From an uncultured Candidatus Saccharibacteria bacterium (lineage in GTDB: Bacteria; Patescibacteriota; Dojkabacteria; J137; JAEUSD01): a stretch of 53,738 nt of DNA. The notes below the pieces were generated by a model. That model had not been told where the DNA came from. It ran no database searches and saw only the letters and a list, made by a program, of their open reading frames with translations. Position numbers and translations under genes: made by a program. Location: the NCBI GenBank assembly GCA_964446595.1, contig CAYUPY010000004.1, positions 1-53,738 of the forward strand, given 5' to 3'. Below are positions 35,989 through 42,948 of the stretch, piece after piece (the first letter of the stretch is position 1; each line of letters starts with the position of its first letter).

Positions 35989-38490
35989 ATGCTTGAAAAC
36001 ACATTCTCAATTATTCTAATTGGCTGTACTGTCTCGGCCGTACTATTAGTAGTTGCGGCATTCTTTGCATGGAAAATCTGGAAAGCTTTTCTTGACGGAG
36101 TGAAGGAAACGGCAATGACCCAAAAAGCATTAGGTGTAACAATCTTTGAGATCAAAGTGCCTCAGAACAACGATATTGATATAAAGCAGGCAGATCAGAT
36201 GTTTTCTGGGTTCCTAGGAGTGGGAGATAAGTTTAAAGGGTTTCAAAAGTACACAAAAGCACGCAAATTTATTAGCTGCGAAATAGTCGCGTTTAAGGAC
36301 AACATTAAGTTTTATGTCTCCTGTCCGAATGAAATCGCAACCCTAGTAGACCGACAAATAAACGGCGCATACCCGAGTGCAGAAGTGATTGAGGTGAAAG
36401 AGTACAATATCTTTACAGAGGGGGCGGAAGTAGCCTCTGCACAGCTGAAACTGGACAAAGAGAGTATGATCCCGATTCGGACATATGAAGAGTTAGCGTC
36501 CGATACGATGGCCACTTTGACAGATGCGATGAGTAAATTACGTGAAGGTGAGTCTGCGGCGTTCCAAATGGTGATTTCGCCTGCGGGCACCGATTGGCGC
36601 AATGATGCTAAGAAGCTGGTGAAGGATGCCCGCAAACCAGGAGATGAAGGCAAAGAAAATCCATTAGCTAAAAAGTATCCAGATGAAATTTTATCAAGTA
36701 TAGATAAAAAGGCTGAGAAGAGCGGATTCTATACAGATTTACGGCTGGTGGTAGTGTCACCTGCAAAAGAGTTAGCCAAAGAGCATTTGCAGAATATGCT
36801 TAGTGCTTTCGATCAGTACACCAAAGAATCCGGAAATAGAATAAAGAAAGATGAATTGCCGAAGACTTTTGTAAAAGATTTTATTTATCGCTTTCCTCGC
36901 GAAACGATGATTCTAAATACCGCAGAGTTAGCAACTATTTTCCATTTCCCCAATAAAAATATTGAGACACCGCACATTCAGTGGCTGCTTTCCCGAGATG
37001 CACCAGCTGCTGATTTTGTAACTAAGAAATATGAAGAGGGAAGGATGTATCTTGGAAAAAATATCTATCGTGGGCAGAAGAAGGATATTTTTATGTTACC
37101 TGAAGATAGATTAAGACACACATACGTAATTGGGCAAACTGGTACAGGTAAATCCAAGTTTTTGGTAGGGCAAACGGTGCGAGATATTCATGCGGGAAGA
37201 GGAGTATGCTTTATTGATCCGCACGGTTCAGATGTAGAAATGATTCTAAAAAATGTGCCTGCTCATAGAGTGGAAGACGTCATCTATTTTGACCCATCAG
37301 ATACGGAAAGGCCAATCGGTCTGAATATGATGGAATTTGTAAATCCCGATCAGAAAACTTTCGTAATCAACGAAATGTTAAATATTTTTGACAAGCTGTA
37401 CGATCTAAAGGCTACTGGAGGGCCAATCTTTGAGCAGTACATGCGTAACTCTATGTTGTTATTGATGGAAGACGTAGAGTCAGGAAACACATTAATGGAA
37501 ATTTCCCGCGTGTTAGCCGATGAAGAATACCGTAAATACAAACTATCTAAGGCTACTAACCCTGAAGTAGTCCATTTCTGGGAGAAACAGGCTGAAAAAG
37601 CGGGAGGAGAAGCGGCTTTGCAGAACGTTGTTCCTTACATCACATCCAAACTGACATCTTTTGTGGCAAATGACACTATGCGTCCTATTATTGCCCAACA
37701 GAAGTCGACCATTGATTTCCGATGGGCTATGGATAATGAAAAGATTATTCTCGTAAATCTATCTAAGGGTAGAATTGGCGAAATGAATGCTTATCTATTA
37801 GGAATGGTAATAGTTGGTAAGTTATTGGCAGCAGCGCTTAGTCGTGAAGATACTGATGAGGCTTTACGTAAGACCTTTTACCTGTACATTGATGAGTTTC
37901 AAAACTTTCTAACCGATAGTATTGTAACTATTCTATCTGAAGCACGTAAGTACCGTCTATCGTTAAATATCGCCCATCAGTTCTTGGGACAGCTAAAAAC
38001 TAAAGGGGGGGATACTAAAATTAGAGATTCAATCTTTGGTAATGTGGGTACTAAAGTAGTCTTCCGTGTTGGTATTGAAGACGCGGAAGTGTTTAAGAAA
38101 GAATTCGATCCGCTTTTCACACCAGAAGACATTGCACAACAACCAAACTTACATGCTTATGTAAAACTATTAGTTGATGGTAAATATCCGCCACCATTTT
38201 CGCTTTACACCCATTTTGACTATAGTCCATTCTCAGAGATAAGCTTTGCTACCGGTGATGATGAAATGGCAAGGACTATCAAGCAAATTTCTCGCCTACG
38301 TTTTGGTCGAGACAGGGATATTGTGGAAAAAGAGATTAGGCAGAGAGCTAAAAATAAGCTTGAGGTTAAGAAAGATGATAATTCTGGTGGATTTGGAGGA
38401 CTTGGAAGTCTGTTCGGTGGAGGCGGGGGAAGTAGTGCGCCACCTTCAGGCAAATTTAGTGGCAAACCACCAGGATTTGGAGGAATGTAG
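35989..38490 (+). CDS. VirD4/TraD-like type IV secretion coupling ATPase (HerA/FtsK superfamily)
   Basis: N-terminal TM; RHTYVIGQTGTGKS, FIDPHG, LYIDEFQNF, LSEARKYRL..AHQ, IFGNVGT..FRVG. Confidence 0.9.
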   Translation: MLENTFSIILIGCTVSAVLLVVAAFFAWKIWKAFLDGVKETAMTQKALGVTIFEIKVPQNNDIDIKQADQMFSGFLGVGDKFKGFQKYTKARKFISCEIVAFKDNIKFYVSCPNEIATLVDRQINGAYPSAEVIEVKEYNIFTEGAEVASAQLKLDKESMIPIRTYEELASDTMATLTDAMSKLREGESAAFQMVISPAGTDWRNDAKKLVKDARKPGDEGKENPLAKKYPDEILSSIDKKAEKSGFYTDLRLVVVSPAKELAKEHLQNMLSAFDQYTKESGNRIKKDELPKTFVKDFIYRFPRETMILNTAELATIFHFPNKNIETPHIQWLLSRDAPAADFVTKKYEEGRMYLGKNIYRGQKKDIFMLPEDRLRHTYVIGQTGTGKSKFLVGQTVRDIHAGRGVCFIDPHGSDVEMILKNVPAHRVEDVIYFDPSDTERPIGLNMMEFVNPDQKTFVINEMLNIFDKLYDLKATGGPIFEQYMRNSMLLLMEDVESGNTLMEISRVLADEEYRKYKLSKATNPEVVHFWEKQAEKAGGEAALQNVVPYITSKLTSFVANDTMRPIIAQQKSTIDFRWAMDNEKIILVNLSKGRIGEMNAYLLGMVIVGKLLAAALSREDTDEALRKTFYLYIDEFQNFLTDSIVTILSEARKYRLSLNIAHQFLGQLKTKGGDTKIRDSIFGNVGTKVVFRVGIEDAEVFKKEFDPLFTPEDIAQQPNLHAYVKLLVDGKYPPPFSLYTHFDYSPFSEISFATGDDEMARTIKQISRLRFGRDRDIVEKEIRQRAKNKLEVKKDDNSGGFGGLGSLFGGGGGSSAPPSGKFSGKPPGFGGM

Positions 38491-38563
38491 TTGTAAAGGT
38501 AACGCTGTGTTAAAATTGCACGCAAAATCACTGCATTTCAATGTAGTGGCATAAACAAATTAT

Positions 38564-38636
38564 GCGCCCATAGCTCAGGGGTTAGAGCACCGTTCTTATA
38601 AAGCGGGGGTCCCTGGTTCAAATCCAGGTGGGCGTA
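38564..38636 (+). tRNA. tRNA-Ile (anticodon UAU), CCA not encoded
   Basis: Full cloverleaf: GCGCCCA/TGGGCGT, anticodon arm CCGTT-CTTATAA-AGCGG, T arm CCTGG-TTCAAAT-CCAGG. Confidence 0.93.
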
Positions 38637-38817
38637 TGAAAACTTCCTCTATTTCTTTACTATATTTTGTGGCGAATAAATGCAAAGGTGAAAAGGTGAA
38701 TTGGATTATCCTTTTAACTTGATAGTCAATCTGGTAAGTTATTATCTGATATACGTAATCCCAAGTTTTGAAGCTATTTCCACTTTGTACTAGCAAGCAT
38801 GTAGAAAAGTGTATGAT

Positions 38818-39675
38818 TTACAGAGCGATTAGTTTTGTACTACCTGTTGGTAGATAGCCTTCTTCTAGTAGCTCAAGGTACTTTTGAGTGGTAGTTTTAT
38901 TTTTATGCCCTACTAAATCAGCTACTGTATCTATAGGAACTCCGTGTTTTAATTGATGTACTATAAAGGTATTACGCAGATCATTCACACAGGCATCTTC
39001 AATTCCTGCTTTGGCCATAGCCCGGTCAACAGCACTACGTATATTACGTATAATAATATGATTACCATCACGGGTTGGAAATAAGGGGTGTTCAGAATTG
39101 TTAAATTCTAGGTCTGACAAATACCCTTTCAGGATTCTCTGGGCCCTTTCGTTTAGAGGGATTCTACGTTCGTCTAGAGTAGAATAGGGTTCTACATGAA
39201 TGTGGCCCTCGTTATCTAGGTAAGCATGTTTGATTTTTAAACGAGATACCTCTCCTATTCTCAGACCAGTTTGTAGCATTAACTCAATCATAGTGTGTAA
39301 CCTACTATTGTCACGAGTCACTTCTCTTAAGGCGAAGTATTCCATTGGGCTAAGCACGCGCGGTGGTTTAGCATGAATTTTAGGGTGTTCAAGCTCTTGG
39401 GCTGGGTTATCATTTTTGTGCCCTTGATCTTGCAAGTATTTGTAAAAGGTACGGAAGCTATTAATTTTGCGAGATACCGTTTTAGGCGTGAAATCATGTT
39501 TATTTTGCATCGTTTGCACTGCAGCTTTTAATGCTTCTGTATTCATTTCATGCAGGTGACAATCTGAATAACTGTGTAACTGCTTCAAATCTTTAGTGTA
39601 GGCAGTAATAGTGGACTTTGATCTGCCTTCTTGTTCAAGATGATTAGCAAATGCAGAAATTAGCTTATCCGTCAT
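38818..39675 (-). CDS. XerC/D-like tyrosine recombinase
   Basis: STITAY..DL, TGLRIGEV, NDLRNTF, VGH..TTQKY. Confidence 0.9.
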   Translation of the reverse strand: MTDKLISAFANHLEQEGRSKSTITAYTKDLKQLHSYSDCHLHEMNTEALKAAVQTMQNKHDFTPKTVSRKINSFRTFYKYLQDQGHKNDNPAQELEHPKIHAKPPRVLSPMEYFALREVTRDNSRLHTMIELMLQTGLRIGEVSRLKIKHAYLDNEGHIHVEPYSTLDERRIPLNERAQRILKGYLSDLEFNNSEHPLFPTRDGNHIIIRNIRSAVDRAMAKAGIEDACVNDLRNTFIVHQLKHGVPIDTVADLVGHKNKTTTQKYLELLEEGYLPTGSTKLIAL

Positions 39676-39770
39676 TGGTTGTTACTGTATAATAAAATTG
39701 AGTAAGTTTGATGGCCTCTTAAGTAAATAATATTAACACGCGGCAAACCGCAGGTCAAACTACAGGACAT

Positions 39771-40169
39771 ATGCTTTTACAATTTATACTGCCAAAATTT
39801 TTACGAGAGATAGACCTGAAGTCCTGGTTAATTCTTATCGCTATAACCCTAGGACTGCTAATAATTGCAGGAAGGCTAGGGGATTCCGTGGTAAACGCCT
39901 ATAGGAACTATCAGGTTTATATCGCTGAGCAGGCGGGCTTAGAAGATTTGCAAGGTGAGTACAAAAGCTTACAACAAGACCTGGCATACTATAGGTCCTA
40001 TGAGTACAAGAAGCTTTATGCAAGAGATTATTTAAACCTTACCCAAGGAGGGGAGATACTATACAGGATAAACGATAATAATCGCTTCTATGAAGTATCG
40101 GATAGAAAACAGCAGTTTGTAGAAGAGGGGAAATACACTCAATGGTGGATGGTATTGCTATTTCCTTGA
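39771..40169 (+). CDS. FtsB/DivIC-like septum formation initiator
   Basis: TM, coiled coil, ARDYLNLTQGGEILY. Confidence 0.7.
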   Translation: MLLQFILPKFLREIDLKSWLILIAITLGLLIIAGRLGDSVVNAYRNYQVYIAEQAGLEDLQGEYKSLQQDLAYYRSYEYKKLYARDYLNLTQGGEILYRINDNNRFYEVSDRKQQFVEEGKYTQWWMVLLFP

Positions 40170-40193
40170 AATTAACCGATAGTTTGCTATAAT
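40166..40193 (+). promoter_or_regulatory. Promoter for tRNA-fMet
   Basis: TTGAAA-16 nt-TATAAT with extended TGn. Confidence 0.7.
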
Positions 40194-40208
40194 GGCAGTG
40201 AAATGTAA

Positions 40209-40283
40209 CGCGGGATGGAGCAGTGGCAGCTCGCGAGGCTCATAACCTCGAGGTCGCAGGTTCGAATCCTGCTCCCGCAACCA
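40209..40283 (+). tRNA. Initiator tRNA-fMet (CAU)
   Basis: C1:A72 mismatch, CGCGGG start, CTCATAA loop, encoded CCA. Confidence 0.95.
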
Positions 40284-40308
40284 TTTTAATACCTCATAGA
40301 TACCAACT

Positions 40309-41259
40309 CTAATTTTTTCCCTGTTTGCTTAATAAGCTAAAAAACAGACCCACAGCGCTAAACAGTAAAAGGCCGGCTCCAAACAATAGTTGATAAGGTA
40401 AAGGTTGTTTATCCTCCATATTTTCCGTAGCTGTCGTATCTCGAATAGCAGCTGGTCTATTAATGCTGTTCTGGCTAGGGGAGAGGGGGTTATTTATTGT
40501 TAAGTGGTAGTCTTGAAAAATTCTACTTTCTTTATGCGTAACCCTGGCTAATACGTAATTATTTCTGGTGTAGTAATCCATTAAAAAGGTGGGCTCCAAG
40601 TCTGTGCTAACCTTCCCGTTTAGGTCCCAGGTGACATCAAAAACGTCTTCATTTAGATTAGCAATATCAAGTCCAAAACTCTCAACTTCTCCTTCGTCCA
40701 GTGGAAAGCTAACAGATTTCCCTGTTGCTGAGATATTCTCCGCTGTAAAATTGGGCCCTATAGCATTTAGCCTCAGTTTGGCGAATACTTCCGGGGTCTT
40801 ACCTACCTGCATTAGCAAGGTATCTGTAAAAATAACTTTTTCCTTTGGGGAAGCGGTATTTAAAATAGTTACTTCTAGAAAATAATTACCTTGTTTAGTA
40901 AAACGGAAAGTGTGTGACTGAGAACTAGCTATTGTTTTTCCTTCTAGAATCCAATTCGCTTTAATCTGATCCTGCTTCACCTTAAACTTTTCAGCGAAAG
41001 CGGGGTAATTAATACTAAATTCATACTCTTGATTTACTTCTAGAGGTTTTTTGAGTACTCTTTCTGCAACAGGTAAAGTAGAGTTTGTTAAACTAGGATT
41101 GTAATCTATGGCTGCAGTACCGTCCACAAACAACCAGGAGCCAGGAATGATATCGTGAGCAGCCGTACCTAAAGGTAAGACCCATAAATAAATGAGAAGT
41201 GCTAACAAAATACTAAAAAATTTACTAAATTCTGTCCGTATCTGGTTATTCTTTTTCAT
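40309..41259 (-). CDS. Secreted, C-terminally anchored protein with PKD/Ig-like domains
   Basis: Probable start MKKNNQ (ATG 41259); signal ending TAA-H; W...HTFRFTKQGNYFLEVT; C-terminal TM. Confidence 0.65.
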   Translation of the reverse strand: MKKNNQIRTEFSKFFSILLALLIYLWVLPLGTAAHDIIPGSWLFVDGTAAIDYNPSLTNSTLPVAERVLKKPLEVNQEYEFSINYPAFAEKFKVKQDQIKANWILEGKTIASSQSHTFRFTKQGNYFLEVTILNTASPKEKVIFTDTLLMQVGKTPEVFAKLRLNAIGPNFTAENISATGKSVSFPLDEGEVESFGLDIANLNEDVFDVTWDLNGKVSTDLEPTFLMDYYTRNNYVLARVTHKESRIFQDYHLTINNPLSPSQNSINRPAAIRDTTATENMEDKQPLPYQLLFGAGLLLFSAVGLFFSLLSKQGKN

Positions 41260-42418
41260 AATCGCGCTAGTCTTATTTGTGGTGATGGTCGTTGGTAGCC
41301 TACAATCAACTATTCCTTCTCCAAGTGTAGCAAAGCTGGAAACAAGAGGAGACTTTCTGCGGATCACGGATTGTTTAACTAAATCTTGGGATCAAATTAA
41401 TCAGTGTTATGACGAGTTTATTGCTTCATTTAGTGAAGGGAAAAATGTGAATGAGACGCTGGCGGCCCTCGAACAGGCGAGGGCCGCCAGCACAGAAGTA
41501 GAAAACAACTGTCATCCTATGGCGCATGCAATTGGCCGTTACACTTTAAACAAATATGGTAACGTTGGAGATGCTTTTGAGGCCTGTGATTTCACATGCC
41601 ACTCAGGTTGTTATCATGGCGTAATGGAGAGGCTGTTTTTTTCAGAAGAAGAAATCGCTGCCGGTTCTCAACATCTGAGTTTAGACCAGATGAAAGAAAG
41701 GGTAGCTGGAATCTGTGACCGCAGCCAATTCAGTAACCCTAGTAATGCCATAATTTTCCAATGTTTGCATGGTTTAGGACATGCAATCCTATATACCCTA
41801 GATTATGACTTAGAAGATGCGCTGCTAGGGTGTGATCTACTAGAAACCCCGTACGAGAGAAGCTCTTGCTACGGAGGTGTGGTAATGGAAAATGTTACTG
41901 CATTCGAAAGGGAAAAACGTTATATAAAAAAAGATGATCCACACTATCCGTGTAATATGTTGGATCAAAAATATCAGTACAGTTGTTACCAAATGCAAAC
42001 CAGTATTATGACTGAGATTGGTATCCCTGCAAGCGAAATGGGTAAAGTATGCATGGAGGCAGGGGAGGGGAACATTGGGGCTTGTCATGTAAGCATTGGC
42101 AGAGACTTAAGTAATTATGTGCGTTCAGGTAATGCGGAATATGTAGCTGGAATCTGTGAGCAAACAGAAGGAGTGGACGAAGATTATTCGCTAAATTGTA
42201 TTGAAGGCACTATATACGCCTTAATAGATAACACTTGGGATTCTAAGTATGCCTACAGTTTTTGTAATGTACTGCAAAAAGAGGGACTTAAAATCAGTTG
42301 TTATAGAAGTGCTGCTAGTTATTTAGATATTTATGAGTACACATATCAAAGTAAACTAGAACAGTGCGATAAATTTGCTGGTGAAAATGTGGAGATTTGT
42401 AAAGAAAACACCTTCTAA
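41192..42418 (+). CDS. Membrane-anchored Cys/His-rich helical-repeat protein
   Basis: CHPMAHAIG, CHSGCYHGVME, CLHGLGHAI, CYGGVVME repeats. Confidence 0.8.
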   Translation: MRSANKILKNLLNSVRIWLFFFIIALVLFVVMVVGSLQSTIPSPSVAKLETRGDFLRITDCLTKSWDQINQCYDEFIASFSEGKNVNETLAALEQARAASTEVENNCHPMAHAIGRYTLNKYGNVGDAFEACDFTCHSGCYHGVMERLFFSEEEIAAGSQHLSLDQMKERVAGICDRSQFSNPSNAIIFQCLHGLGHAILYTLDYDLEDALLGCDLLETPYERSSCYGGVVMENVTAFEREKRYIKKDDPHYPCNMLDQKYQYSCYQMQTSIMTEIGIPASEMGKVCMEAGEGNIGACHVSIGRDLSNYVRSGNAEYVAGICEQTEGVDEDYSLNCIEGTIYALIDNTWDSKYAYSFCNVLQKEGLKISCYRSAASYLDIYEYTYQSKLEQCDKFAGENVEICKENTF

Positions 42419-42645
42419 TCTGTAAGGATGCGGGAGTCAAGCGAAATCTCTAGTTCAGAAAATAAAATAGCCAGAGGCGTTTCTAGAATTTTTGCCAGTT
42501 TTTGAATTAGGTTTAGACTAGGGACCTTAGCATTATTTTCTATCATCGAAAGGTAATTATGAGTAATGCCAGCCTCCTCAGCTAGTTTTTTCTGAGTCAA
42601 CTTTTTTTGCGTTCTAATCAGTTTTATATTACTGCCTACATTCAT
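42415..42645 (-). CDS. XRE-family HTH regulator
   Basis: IKLIR..LTQKKLA..GIT..YLSMIENN..PSL. Confidence 0.92.
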   Translation of the reverse strand: MNVGSNIKLIRTQKKLTQKKLAEEAGITHNYLSMIENNAKVPSLNLIQKLAKILETPLAILFSELEISLDSRILTD

Positions 42646-42827
42646 AGCTAATTTTACTAAGATTTAGTGGTACTGGTCAATTATTGTTTTTTATGCTAAA
42701 AAAGCACGCATGAATAACGCTTAAACGATTAGTTTAACTTTTATAACTATTGTTTGGGCTTATCAGATGTTTTCAGCCTATGATAATATCTATACCTAGG
42801 ATAAATTTATAGGTTGAAAGATTTATC

Positions 42828-42901
42828 GGCAGGGTAGCTCAGTTGGTTAGAGCACAGGATTCATAAACCTGAGGTCGCGGGTTCGAACCCCGCCTCTGCT
42901 A
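42828..42901 (+). tRNA. tRNA with CAU anticodon (probably elongator Met)
   Basis: Cloverleaf with TTCATAA loop; paired 1:72; A31:A39 mismatch; no CCA. Confidence 0.88.
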
Positions 42902-42948
42902 TTACTTCTCTTAACCTTCAACAACATAATTAATAAAGAGGACAAAAT

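Noticed and set aside
23114-38490. Conjugative element (ICE)
   Set aside because: No relaxase, VirB4 or att sites visible; smpB is embedded in the run.
38596-38796. 66-aa ORF
   Set aside because: Overlaps the tRNA antisense (PPGFEPGT is a typical tRNA shadow).
42828-42901. Calling this tRNA Ile2 (lysidine)
   Set aside because: Cannot be excluded by eye, but with Ile(UAU) present an elongator Met is the simpler reading.
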